Shown: positions 52,886 through 62,965, counted from the first letter of the stretch. The stretch: DNA of 64,000 nt from an uncultured Chloroflexia bacterium (GCA_963752475.1 CAVVYR010000006.1:768001-832000), one strand, 5' to 3'. A program made the numbers and translations. Notes: a model not told the origin generated them from the letters alone.

Positions 52886-53050
52886 GGCGCAAGGATCCTC
52901 CCTCGTCGGCCCGCGCCGGGGTCGGGCGCGTGGGCATGCGCGAAAGATACCGCCTCCGACTCGCGATAGCGAGTGATGGTCGTCGCCCGCACCCACGCGT
53001 GACGTACCGTTGCGTCCAACCGCTGAACAGCAGTCCAGGAAGGGACCTCG

Positions 53051-53365
53051 ATGACCGTCATCCGGATCAACGCCATCTCCGTGCCTGAGGCAGGCGGGGA
53101 TGAGCTCGAAGCACGATTCGCCAAACGACTTGGCGCCGTCGATGAGCAGCCCGGTTTTCTGGGCTTCGACCTGCTCAGGCCCACGGGCGAGAACGAACGA
53201 CGTTGGTTCGTGATGACTCGCTGGGAGTCGCAGGAGGCATTCCAGGCTTGGGTCGAGTCCACGGCGTTCCGACACGGCCATGCGCAGTCGGAGGGCGGCG
53301 GCCGGCCCGTGGCCACCGGGTCGGAGCTGCTCGAGTTCGAGGTGGTCCTCTCGAGCGAACGCTAG
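53051..53365 (+). CDS. mhuD: MhuD-like heme-degrading monooxygenase (ABM family)
   Basis: INAI.VP..G.ELE.RFA.R..V...PGFLGF.LLRP....W....F.AW...H...PVATG..LLEFEVVL closely follows the MhuD sequence as I recall it; N7, F23 and R26 present. Confidence 0.8.
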   Translation: MTVIRINAISVPEAGGDELEARFAKRLGAVDEQPGFLGFDLLRPTGENERRWFVMTRWESQEAFQAWVESTAFRHGHAQSEGGGRPVATGSELLEFEVVLSSER

Positions 53366-53386
53366 GCTGCCGGGCAGACCAGGCGG

Positions 53387-54319
53387 CTACGTCGGGGCCT
53401 GTCCTGGCTCGTTTGCCAACGGCTCGGTTTCTGCGACCGTCTTCCCCCCGGCATCCCCTTCGTCGAGGCCGAAGAAGTGCCGGCCATGTCGGTACGCCGC
53501 ATCCCAGGCGTGGGCCACTCGCCCGGGGGCGTTCCACCATGTCGTGAACGCGTCGCGCACGACCTCGCGATCCTCGCGGGCCTGCTCGCCCCAGGAGCGC
53601 CACTCGAACCAGCGCGGGTGGGCCCAGATCCAGGGCACGGCTGCCCAGATCAGCAGGATGTAGTCGAGGCGCAGCGGCCGAGGGAAGTTGATGACCAGGT
53701 CCAGCTGCCGGACGACCTGAGGCCAGACGGCCAGCGTCAGCACGCCGAACAGGACCATCCAGGCGATGCCCCACAGGCGCGTCCTCGGCTTGAGGATGAG
53801 GAACAGCAACAGCGGGAACCACTTCAGGGCGGTCGCCAGTGCCCAGAAGAACCCGCCGAGCCGCGGTCCGACGAAGTGCGCCGCCCAGATGCCCATCGCG
53901 CAGAGCAGCGTGATGTTGCCGGTGTCGAGCGTGGCGGCCAGGGGGATGGTGATGATGACCACGAGGATCGCCGTCGCCATCGGGTGCTGACGGTACGCCC
54001 AGGCCACGCTCCAGCCGAAGAGCAGCAGGTTGACCATCCGATAGACGAACCAGGCCGTCTCCCATGGCAGCGCGGCCCAGGGCGTGAAGATCGGTAGCGA
54101 CCACGACCAGTAGACGTAGGGCATATACGGCGGAGGAGGGTCGAGCGGGTCACCGCCGCTGAGCCAGAGGCGGACGCCACCCCAGTAGGCGCGCGCGTCG
54201 GCGCCGACGAGGTCACCTCGGGCGATGATCCAGACCGCGATGGCCGCGCCACAGACGACCAGGATGAGGATGGCGGCCAGCCGCACGGGGTCTCGCGCGA
54301 AGCTCAGATTCGGGCGCAT
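53387..54319 (-). CDS. GT87/DUF2029-like membrane glycosyltransferase
   Basis: D..AY, PYVY, F.P.A.LP, GNI and LK.FP motifs in a multi-TM protein. Confidence 0.65.
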   Translation of the reverse strand: MRPNLSFARDPVRLAAILILVVCGAAIAVWIIARGDLVGADARAYWGGVRLWLSGGDPLDPPPPYMPYVYWSWSLPIFTPWAALPWETAWFVYRMVNLLLFGWSVAWAYRQHPMATAILVVIITIPLAATLDTGNITLLCAMGIWAAHFVGPRLGGFFWALATALKWFPLLLFLILKPRTRLWGIAWMVLFGVLTLAVWPQVVRQLDLVINFPRPLRLDYILLIWAAVPWIWAHPRWFEWRSWGEQAREDREVVRDAFTTWWNAPGRVAHAWDAAYRHGRHFFGLDEGDAGGKTVAETEPLANEPGQAPT

Positions 54320-54366
54320 CCGAAGCATCGTACCGCCGAGCGGCGCAGGCCATAGACTCGTTGCCG

Positions 54367-55549
54367 ATGACGACGACCCCGAGCGCGACGACGCTGGGGC
54401 GGCTGCGCGACGAGGTCCAGCGCCGACTGCCCGACTACCTGACGGACCTCGAGACCATCGTCAACATCGAGTCCGGGTCCTACACCAAGTCCGGCGTCGA
54501 CGAGGTGGCGAACTGGATTGCCGGCCGGCTCGCGAACCTCGGCGCGGCCATCGAATGGGACCGGAACGAGGAACTGGGCGACACCGCGGTGGCCACCCTG
54601 GAGGGCTCCGCCGGTGGGCCGACGATCCTGCTCATCGGCCACACCGACACCGTGTTCGACCCCGGCTTTCTCGCCAAGCGCCCGTTCGGGATCGACCGCG
54701 ACAGGATCGTGGGTCCGGGTGTCAGTGACATGAAGTCGGGCCTGCTCACCGGTCTCTATGCCATCGACGCGTTGCTGACGGTCCTCGACGGCAAGCAGCC
54801 TCCCTTTGGCCGGCTCATCTACATCGTCAACCCGGACGAGGAGATCGGCTCGCCGGCCAGCGTCGATCTCATCGCGAAGTTGGCGCAGGGGGCGGATGCG
54901 GCCTTCGTGATGGAAGCTGCCCGAGCGAACGGGGACATCGTCTCGGCGCGCAAGGGCATGATGCACATCCGGGCCACGATCCAGGGGCGATCGGCCCATG
55001 CCGGCGTCGAGCCGGAGAAAGGCCGCAGCGCGACGCTCGAGGCCGCGCACAAGACCATCGCCCTGCATGCCCTCAACGGACGCTGGTCCGGCGTGTCGGT
55101 CAATGTCGGCGAGATCAAGGGCGGCACACGCCCGAACATCGTGGCCGAGGAGGCCGTGATGACCATCGATATGCGCGCGCGCCTGGCAGTGGAGCAGGAC
55201 GAAGCCGAGGCTGCCATCTACGAGATCCTCGAGTCGTCAGTCGTGCCGGACATCTGCGACCACGATCGAGAAGCTCGCCGGTACCCGCCCGATGGAGAAG
55301 ACCCCGGCATCGGCCGAGCTCGTCGATGCCGCAGTCGCCATCGCCGCCGAGCTGGGGTTCGAGCTGGCCGATGCCGAGACCGGCGGGGGATCGGACGCGA
55401 ACACGACGGCCGCGGTCGGCGCGCCCTCGGTCGACGGGCTCGGGCCGGTGGGCGGCAACGACCACACGCCGCTCGAGTACATCGAGAAGAGCAGCATCGT
55501 CCCGAGGACGACGCTGCTCGCTGCGTTGCTGCTGTCAGTCGACGGCTAG
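54367..55549 (+). CDS. M20 peptidase (carboxypeptidase G2-like), frameshift ~55255
   Basis: GHTDTV, GPGVSDMKSG, DEEIGS and G.SAHAG in the first frame; RPME, GGGSDAN and DGLGP.GG..H..E in the second frame. Confidence 0.85.
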
Positions 55550-55563
55550 AGCGCCTCGAGCGG

Positions 55564-56362
55564 TTACTCCGGCGCCTCGGGAAGCTCGCCTGGGAAGAGA
55601 CCCCTTCGAAGTCCATCCAGAGCCCCCACGTGTCCTGGGACAGTGCTCGTGAGAGCGCGACAGGCCCTCGTAGGCGCCTTCGCCACGAACCGCATGGCGT
55701 AGGTCATCGTCCGGTCCTCGTGGGTGCTCGGTAGCCCCAGTTCGACGTCGACACCCAGTGTCCATCCTCGTTCGGTGAGCGACGGCAGCCGACGTTGCGC
55801 AACACCCCAGTTGGGTCGGCGTCGTACTTGTAGTAGTCGTGGACCGAGTGCATGTTGCCGGTGAAACGGGGGTCGTTGACCATCGACGGGGCAGTTGCGT
55901 AGCGTCTCACCCTCGATGATCGCACGACCCCATCGTTCTCGGGTCGTCCGCCGTATCCGCCGGTGGACTGCACTGCACTCGTGCAGGTGAAGCCGCCGAA
56001 ATCGGCTGGGTCGATGTCGTCCATCCGTGACGGCCCGGGGCCAGAGGGCAGCGTCGCTTCCGTGAGGGGATGGCGATGAAGGTCAGGCTCCCGGCGAGTG
56101 CCAGGATGGCCACCGCGGCCAGCGACGCGTGTGGCTGTGAACATGGATCTGGCATCTCCTTCGTTCGGGGTGTGGCGCCTCCGACGTCGGCGCTACGCGT
56201 CGCGCCGAACCCGAAAGGGAACCACCTGAATGGCCACCAGCGCCGGCGCTGGGGCACAGAGGGGAGTCGATCGATCGTCTGGAAGAGGGTGTGGTCGTCG
56301 AGCGTGGGGGCCGGCTCCGACAGCCACTGCTCGAGCTCGCGCGTCACGTCCCGCTCGTTCAT
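55564..56362 (-). pseudogene. Anti-sigma-like gene (pair 5), multiple frameshifts
   Basis: Fragments MNERDV..LEQWL..LPSVPQRRRWW, MFTATRVA, DPRFTG, GEGAYEGL and FPGELPEAPE* lie in different frames. May be sequencing error. Confidence 0.65.
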
Positions 56363-56918
56363 GCCGGCACCTTCGTCTCGAATGGCTGTCGGTGGCCACC
56401 CGGTCGTCCGCCTCGAGGGCGGCGCGCAGCGTGCGCAAGGCCCGTCGGAGCCGCGAGCGCACGGTCTCCACCGGTGCGCCGACCGTCTCGGCGACTTCCC
56501 TGATGGGCAAGCCCAGGTAGTGATGAAGTCGACCACGGTGCGCTGTTCGACGGGCAGCCGAAGGAATCCGCGCTCGAGGGCATCGCGATCGATGACGGCC
56601 GAGTAGTCGTCGCCGGGCGCGCCGGGCTCGATGTGGTCGAGCGGCACCTCCGGCAACCTCGGTCGAGCACGCTTCGTTGGGCGAGCAGGTGCGCACGAGG
56701 ATCCGATAGGACCAGCCGCTGAACCGAGCGGGATCACGCAGCTGGGCCAGGTCCTGCCAGGAGCGCAGGAGCGCCTGCTGGACGGCGTCCTCGGCGAGTG
56801 CGGCGTCACGCAGGATGCGGCAGGCGACGGCGTGCATCCGGGGCGCGATGCGGGTAGCGAGCATGGCGAAGGCCGCCTCGTCCCCCCGTCGTGCTCGGAC
56901 CACGAGCTCGTCGTCCAC
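56359..56918 (-). pseudogene. ECF sigma factor (pair 5), frameshifted
   Basis: VDDELVVRARRGDEAAF..AEDAVQ..LRDPARFSGW; IDRDALERGF..LPVEQR in another frame; then HHYLGL..ETVRSRLRR. Confidence 0.7.
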
Positions 56919-57013
56919 GCGGTGTTCTCCCGCAGCTGCCCGCTCACCCTGTCGGAGCGGTCCCTACCCAGTACGGGGCCGGGACACGCCCGGACGGGTG
57001 CATCCTCCTCCGG

Positions 57014-57664
57014 TCAGGAGGCGATATCGAGAGCTGCTCGTGCTGTGTTCACCTGTTCGACGAGCGCGGCACCGTCAGGGTCGGCTCGGAGCTCTTCGAG
57101 CGTGGCCGCGAGTTCGGCCTCGGTCGACGCTCCGGCGGAGAGGTCGGTCAGCGCCACGAATGCCCTCGCGAGCTTGGCCTCGGAAGCGCCTTGGGCCCCG
57201 GCGGCCCTGGCCAGCGTGACCGCCGACTCGAAGTCCGCTCGGGCCTCTTCGGGTCGGCCGGCAGCGAGCTCGTGGGCACCCAGGATCCAGTGGGCCCGGG
57301 CGCGGGGCAGCTCACCCTTCTCCAGCTCCTTGGCCAGCTCGAGGTTGGCGCGGGCGGCGGCGCAGCCGGCGCGAGCCTCCGGCGGGGTGATGACGATGCC
57401 CGGCTCATCCCAGCCGGCCCAGGTGAACGAGGCCAGGTCGTAGCTCAGGGCCTTGGCCTGAGAGCGAAACTCGTACGCCTGGTCCGGGTCGGAAGCGTGG
57501 GCCAGCGCCAGCAGGCGGCTGATACCGGCCCAGGCGATGGCCATCGCGGCCGAGAGGTCCTTGTCCTCTCGGTAGGCGTGCCGCATGGCTTCGCTGTAGG
57601 CCTTGGGCTTGGCAGCCAGGTCGACCTCTGCGAGGGCGGCGATGTCGGCGAAGGAGTCACGCAT
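57014..57664 (-). CDS. Hypothetical helical (TPR-like) protein
   Basis: Ala-rich helical pattern; SD GAGGAGG; coupled to the upstream gene. Confidence 0.6.
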   Translation of the reverse strand: MRDSFADIAALAEVDLAAKPKAYSEAMRHAYREDKDLSAAMAIAWAGISRLLALAHASDPDQAYEFRSQAKALSYDLASFTWAGWDEPGIVITPPEARAGCAAARANLELAKELEKGELPRARAHWILGAHELAAGRPEEARADFESAVTLARAAGAQGASEAKLARAFVALTDLSAGASTEAELAATLEELRADPDGAALVEQVNTARAALDIAS

Positions 57665-57676
57665 GGTCGAACCTCC

Positions 57677-57967
57677 TCAGCGGGCGAAGGTGCTCCCGCA
57701 ACCGTCGCACACGACGTAGAGCCCGTGGCGATCGAACAGGTAGCCCGCGACGTGCAGGCGGCCTTCGATGCACTTGGGACAGACCCAAGTCCACCACTTG
57801 ACGGGCGCACCGTTCTCGGCGGGCACGACCTCACCGAGCGGCTTCGACTCCGAGGCGACGCGATCCGCGAGGCCCTCGTTGGCCTCGAACGCGGCCTTGA
57901 TGGCAGCGTCACGTTGGTCGTCGGACTCGCTGCTGTAGGGGTAGTTCTGGCTGACGTTCGAACTCAC
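57677..57967 (-). CDS. Small zinc-ribbon protein
   Basis: CPKC...CDGC motifs. Confidence 0.6.
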   Translation of the reverse strand: MSSNVSQNYPYSSESDDQRDAAIKAAFEANEGLADRVASESKPLGEVVPAENGAPVKWWTWVCPKCIEGRLHVAGYLFDRHGLYVVCDGCGSTFAR

Positions 57968-58058
57968 GTTGGTCGGGGCTCCTGGCTACGTCGAAGGCCA
58001 GCCGCGAACGTCGTGAGCGCGGCGCGACCGGCCTGGGATGAGTATAGGACTCGGGTCG

Positions 58059-59714
58059 CTACCACGCGGCCGCCGAGCCTTCTGCCCGCGGATCGGAACC
58101 GGCAGCGTAGGAGGCCACCGCACCGTCACTGTCGCGCACGACCTCGATGGCATGGGCGTGGCCCACCAACGAGGTCCACGGTTCTTGCAGCACGACGCGG
58201 TGACCCATCGCCGTGAGCGCCGCAGACACGCTGTCGTGGGCTCGCGATTCGAGCACGGTGAGCTCGGGTGGCCCGAACTGGCGCTCCATCATGGCTGCCC
58301 AGCGAGGCGCAGCCACGGCCGTGGCAACATCGGCGCCGCCGTCGACGACCGCGGACACGAACTGGGCGAAGACCTGCGGCTGGATCTCACCGCCCATCGA
58401 GCCGTGGATCATCCACGGGCGTCCATCTCGCAGGAGCATGCCGGGCGCGAGCGTGTGGGTCGGTCGCTTGCCGGGGGCAAGGGCGTTCGGGTGGTCGGGG
58501 TCGAGACGGAAGAAGGCCCCGCGATCGTGGAAGGCGATGCCTGTGGCTGGATCGACCAGTCCGGAGCCGAAGCCCTGGTAGTTGGACTGGAGCAGGCTCA
58601 CGGCGTTGCCCCACTGGTCGGTGGTCGCGAGATAGATGGTGCCGCCGGCGCGCGGCAGCGTGCCGGCGATCGGGTCCATCGGTCGGTCTGGGTCGATGCG
58701 GGCGGCCAGCCGGTCGATGTGCAGATCCGACAGCATCCGCTCGACCTCACCATCGGCCATGTACGCGATGTCGGTGACGTGAGCGTCGCGTTCGGCGAGT
58801 GCCAGCCGGGAAGCCTCGAGGCCGAGGTGGATCCAGCCGGCATCGGCCCATCCCCGCCCGTCCCACGCAGCCGGGCTCGGGGCCGCGAAGCGCGAGAGCA
58901 GGCCCAGTGTCTGGAGCGCCACGACACCGACGCTGTTGGGTGGATGGCTCAGCGAGGTCACACCGCGGTAGTCGATCGACAGCGGTGAGTCCCAGTCGCT
59001 CGCGTGGGCGGCGAGGTCATCGGCGCTGATGGGCGCGCCGCGGCGCTCGAAGTAGGACGCCGTGGACCGGGCGATCGAGCCACTGTAGGGCGCGCTCGGC
59101 CCTTCGTCGGACAAGGCCCGCAGCGTCCGCTTCAGGGCGGGCAGCCGGAGGGTCTGGCCGGGGGTCGAGGCTCGATCAGGGGGCCGATACGTCGTGGCCC
59201 AGTCACCGTCCTCTCCGAACGCCGTGGCGCCCCGCTCGATGACATCGAGCCAGTAGGCCGATGCAGGAAAGCCGGAGGCCAGTTCGATAGCCGGTTCCAG
59301 CAGGGAGGCCCAGTCGAGGCGGCCGAAGCGGCGATGGGCCTCGCCCCAGGAGTCGACGGCGCCGGGCACGGTGATCGACCAGGGGCCGCGTTCGGGGACG
59401 GCTGCGAAGCCGGCGGCGTGAGCAGCCTCGATGGTGGCACCGCTGCCAGCCCGTCCGCTGCCGTTGAGCGTGGCGGCCTCAGCGCTCGCCTCATCCCAGA
59501 TGATCCAGAACGCATCGCCGCCCAGGCCGCAGCTGTGGCCGGCGACGACCGCGAGGGCGGCGTTGGTGGCGATGGCGGCGTCGACGGCGCTACCGCCACC
59601 ACGGAGGACGTGGAGTCCCGCCTGTGTGGCGAGGTGATGCGGGCTGGCGACGGCGCCGTGGCGTCCCCGGACCGGGCGAGCCGGTGTCGTCGCGAGGAGG
59701 TGAGGGTCGGTCAC
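58059..59714 (-). CDS. ggt: Gamma-glutamyltransferase family (Ntn hydrolase)
   Basis: GG.AVDAAIA, GLGGDAF, TVPGAV, PPNS.G, G-T nucleophile (GGTIYL), PGKRP.HTL and GSMGG..QPQ motifs. Confidence 0.9.
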   Translation of the reverse strand: MTDPHLLATTPARPVRGRHGAVASPHHLATQAGLHVLRGGGSAVDAAIATNAALAVVAGHSCGLGGDAFWIIWDEASAEAATLNGSGRAGSGATIEAAHAAGFAAVPERGPWSITVPGAVDSWGEAHRRFGRLDWASLLEPAIELASGFPASAYWLDVIERGATAFGEDGDWATTYRPPDRASTPGQTLRLPALKRTLRALSDEGPSAPYSGSIARSTASYFERRGAPISADDLAAHASDWDSPLSIDYRGVTSLSHPPNSVGVVALQTLGLLSRFAAPSPAAWDGRGWADAGWIHLGLEASRLALAERDAHVTDIAYMADGEVERMLSDLHIDRLAARIDPDRPMDPIAGTLPRAGGTIYLATTDQWGNAVSLLQSNYQGFGSGLVDPATGIAFHDRGAFFRLDPDHPNALAPGKRPTHTLAPGMLLRDGRPWMIHGSMGGEIQPQVFAQFVSAVVDGGADVATAVAAPRWAAMMERQFGPPELTVLESRAHDSVSAALTAMGHRVVLQEPWTSLVGHAHAIEVVRDSDGAVASYAAGSDPRAEGSAAAW

Positions 59715-59718
59715 ATCC

Positions 59719-61239
59719 TCATGATGCCGTGCCGGGCGTGTCCACGGCGGCCGCGGTCGCAGGCAGGGTCACCCCGACGCGGGCACCGTTGCCCTCGACG
59801 TTCTCAGCGAACGACTCACCGTGGAGCACTTCGGCCAGGTCACGCACGATCGCGAGCCCCAGCCCGGAGCCTGAGCCGGTACGTGACGGATCAGCACGAT
59901 AGAAGCGATCGAACACGTGCGGCAGCGCGGTCTGGGAGATCCCGGGGCCGTCGTCGCTGACGGCCAGCGTGACCGTTCGATCCCCAGTCGAGACCTCGAC
60001 GGTGATGTGCCCACCTGGCGATGGGGCGTGCTTCAGGGCGTTCGCGATGATGTTGCCGAGGATGCGGTCGAGAGCATCCCGATCGGCTACGAGCCGTGTT
60101 CGTTCGGCGCCTTCGTCGACCCGAAGACGCTGTCCGTTCGCATCGGCCTCAGCGGCGAAGCGTTCCACGGCGGCCTGTGCGACCTCGAGGCTGTCGAGCG
60201 ACTCGAGATGCAGCGATGGACCGGCCACACCAGGGACCGTCAGATGATCGAGGTCATCGAGCATGCGACCCAGGCGGTCGGTCTCGTCGGAGATCGCGCC
60301 CGCCGCGCGCACCGCATCGTTGCCGGAGGCAGTGCCGTCCTTGAGCGCCTCGGAGAATCCACCGATGACCGTGAGCGGGGTGCGGAGGTCATGGCGGATA
60401 TCCGCGAGCAACTGACGCTGTGCCTCGCGGGTCGCTCCGACCTCATGGGCCATGGTGTTGAAGGCCTCGCTGGCTTCGGCGACCTCGATGGGTCCGGTGA
60501 CGGGTAGCGGTTCGGGCACGTTGCCCTTGGCTACATCGCTGGTGGCGGCGGAGAGCCGCCGGAGTGGACCGGTGACCGAGCGGCCGAGCCCGATGGCCAG
60601 CGGGATGCCGGTGACGACGAGGATGAGCCCGGCGACCGCCAGCGACCGCACGAGGTCGGCGGTGGCCTTCTCGCTCGAATCGTCCTCGAGCGCGAGCATG
60701 AGGAACGGAGCGGTCTGTCGACGGCCTTGCGCGGGTCCCTGCCCGACGATCGGCGTGGTGGCAAAGAGCACCTCACCGACACCTTCGATCTCCGTCGTAC
60801 CCGTGGCGACCTGGCCGCGCTCCAGGTCGCTCTCGAGCTGGGGTACCTGCTTGAGGCGTGACGCGCCACCCTCCGCGGGGTTGAAGATGATGGAGCTATC
60901 GCCGGCGGTGAAGATGACCGAGACGTCGGTGTCGGCGATGTTCTCGCGGAACGACTCCCGGAACTCGATGAGCTCTTCGGTGAACTCCTCTCCATCGAGG
61001 TTCTGCTCCAGGCGCTCGATGAGGTTGGACTCGCCGGGCTGGCGCGGTCGCAGCACCCCCGGTGGCAGTGCGCTTCGGGCCGCGGCCGAGTAGGGCACGG
61101 TCAGCTCAGTGAGCGCGCCGATGGTCGCGTCCTGGTGTAGCCCGCGTAGCACGAACCAGAGCGACCCTCCGACGGCCAGCAGGGTCGCGAGCGCGAATAC
61201 GAGCAGGACGAGACCGATGCGCCCGCTGAGTGTCCTCAA
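59719..61239 (-). CDS. HAMP sensor histidine kinase
   Basis: Two TM helices, HAMP domain, HDLRTPL, N..NA.K, DDGPGI, FDRFYR, GSGLGL. Confidence 0.93.
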   Translation of the reverse strand: MRTLSGRIGLVLLVFALATLLAVGGSLWFVLRGLHQDATIGALTELTVPYSAAARSALPPGVLRPRQPGESNLIERLEQNLDGEEFTEELIEFRESFRENIADTDVSVIFTAGDSSIIFNPAEGGASRLKQVPQLESDLERGQVATGTTEIEGVGEVLFATTPIVGQGPAQGRRQTAPFLMLALEDDSSEKATADLVRSLAVAGLILVVTGIPLAIGLGRSVTGPLRRLSAATSDVAKGNVPEPLPVTGPIEVAEASEAFNTMAHEVGATREAQRQLLADIRHDLRTPLTVIGGFSEALKDGTASGNDAVRAAGAISDETDRLGRMLDDLDHLTVPGVAGPSLHLESLDSLEVAQAAVERFAAEADANGQRLRVDEGAERTRLVADRDALDRILGNIIANALKHAPSPGGHITVEVSTGDRTVTLAVSDDGPGISQTALPHVFDRFYRADPSRTGSGSGLGLAIVRDLAEVLHGESFAENVEGNGARVGVTLPATAAAVDTPGTAS

Positions 61240-61925
61240 CCGTGTCGTACGCGCGGAGGCGGCACGAGGCGATAGCCCACACCCTTGACCGTCTCGATCG
61301 GCGGTGCGTCCTCACCCAGCTTGCGTCGAAGCTCGGAGATGTGGACGTCGACCGTGCGCGTCTCTCCTGGGAAGTCGGTGCCCCAGACCGACGAAAGCAG
61401 GTCGTCCCGGCTCCAGACGACGCCCGGGTCGCGAGCGAGGGCAGCCAGCAGGTCGAACTCCCGAGGACGCAGGCCCAGGCGCCGCTCACCGACATACGCC
61501 TCGCGACGCCGTGGGTCCACGCGGAGCTTGCCCACGTCCATGGGCCGGGTGCCACGCATCGAGGGGTCGGACCGGCGCAGGATGGCCTTGACTCGGGCGA
61601 CCATCTCGCGCGGGTTGAAGGGCTTGGTCAGGTAGTCGTCCGCGCCCAGCTCCAGCCCGACGATGCGGTCGATGTCCTCGCTGCGGGCCGTCAGCATGAG
61701 GATCGGCGTCTCGCCACGGCGGCGAACCTCGCGCGTGACCTCGGTGCCATCCATCTTGGGCATCATCAGGTCGAGCACGATGAGGTCGGGATCGACGCGG
61801 TCGTGCTGTTGGAGCGCCTCCTCGCCGTCCCGCGCCTCCACGACGTTGTAGCCGGCCTGCTCGAGGTAGAGGCGGACCAACTCGATGATGTTGCGTTCGT
61901 CGTCGACGACGAGGATGGTCTTCAC
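61236..61925 (-). CDS. OmpR/PhoB family response regulator
   Basis: VVDDE, LDLMMP, MLTA, GADDYLTKPF and RTVDVHI..LR.KL motifs. Confidence 0.95.
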   Translation of the reverse strand: MKTILVVDDERNIIELVRLYLEQAGYNVVEARDGEEALQQHDRVDPDLIVLDLMMPKMDGTEVTREVRRRGETPILMLTARSEDIDRIVGLELGADDYLTKPFNPREMVARVKAILRRSDPSMRGTRPMDVGKLRVDPRRREAYVGERRLGLRPREFDLLAALARDPGVVWSRDDLLSSVWGTDFPGETRTVDVHISELRRKLGEDAPPIETVKGVGYRLVPPPRVRHG

Positions 61926-62124
61926 GCGCGCCAGCATAGCCGCGTGGTCGACCCTCAGGCCCGCGCCCGATGTCAGGGCCACGTAAGGCCAGTGCGCACG
62001 GTGCATGTGGGGATGGTGCCGCCAGCATCGGGTGTGCCGGCCTTGTTCGCGTCGTTGAGCCGGGCGATCATCACCTCACCGTCGCGCGTGGCACCGCGAC
62101 ATGGAGGCGCGCTAGGCTCGATAG

Positions 62125-62952
62125 ATGAGTAGCGAACGATTGGTCGCGGCGGAAGCCTGGGCCGAACGGGTGCGAGCGGCACGGACACAGATCGACCGGT
62201 CACGCGAGACCGACGAGCCACAGGACCTCTACCGGCATTGGGCGACACGCTTCGCGGCTGATCCGCGTGGAGCGAGCGACCCCACGCGCGACGTGCTGCT
62301 ATCGATGGCTCGGCGGGACGATACGTGGCTGGACATCGGCGCCGGTGGGGGACGTTACTCGCTCCCAGTCGCCTCGGCCGTCCGATGGGTGGTCGCGGTG
62401 GAGCCGTCTCCCTCGATGCTGGAGGTCCTGCGTGCAGGCATCGCCGATCAAGGCATCCACAACATCGAGGTCGTCGAGGACAGGTGGCCCACCCGCAAGC
62501 CGCTGACCGCTGACATCGCGCTGATGGCCCACGTCGGCTACGACATCGAGACGTTCGGTGGCACGTTCCTGGATGCTGTGGAGGACGCGGTGCGCCGATG
62601 TGTGGTCATCATGCGCACGAGTGGCGCCAGCCGTGCCAATGAGCTGCTCTGGCCGGAGATCCACGGCGAGCCGCGCCAGACCTATCCGATGTTGCCGGAG
62701 TTCCTCGAGCTGCTGGCGGCGCGCGGGGTCTCGCCGACCGTTGCGCACGTCGACCGCGGTTCCTGGGGGTACGAATCGCGTGAGCAGATGCTGGCGGCAC
62801 TGCGGCGCCTGCTCTATCTGCGACCGGGTTCGGCCAAGGACCAACTGCTGGCACGGCTGATCGCCCAACGAGCGACCGAGCACGATGGCGGGTGGGAGAT
62901 CGATCGGACCCCGATACAGGACGGCGTCGTGACCTGGGACGTGCCGGTCTGA
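62125..62952 (+). CDS. Class I SAM-dependent methyltransferase
   Basis: WLDIGAGGGR and AVEPS..ML motifs; leaderless (TAGGCT 6 nt upstream). Confidence 0.85.
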   Translation: MSSERLVAAEAWAERVRAARTQIDRSRETDEPQDLYRHWATRFAADPRGASDPTRDVLLSMARRDDTWLDIGAGGGRYSLPVASAVRWVVAVEPSPSMLEVLRAGIADQGIHNIEVVEDRWPTRKPLTADIALMAHVGYDIETFGGTFLDAVEDAVRRCVVIMRTSGASRANELLWPEIHGEPRQTYPMLPEFLELLAARGVSPTVAHVDRGSWGYESREQMLAALRRLLYLRPGSAKDQLLARLIAQRATEHDGGWEIDRTPIQDGVVTWDVPV

Positions 62953-62965
62953 TGGCCTTGCCGCT

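Noticed and set aside
56981-57004. GGGACAC...GTGCATC resembling sequences before ECF 1 and ECF 2
   Set aside because: Spacing differs among the three, and here it points away from ECF 5, so it is too weak to call.
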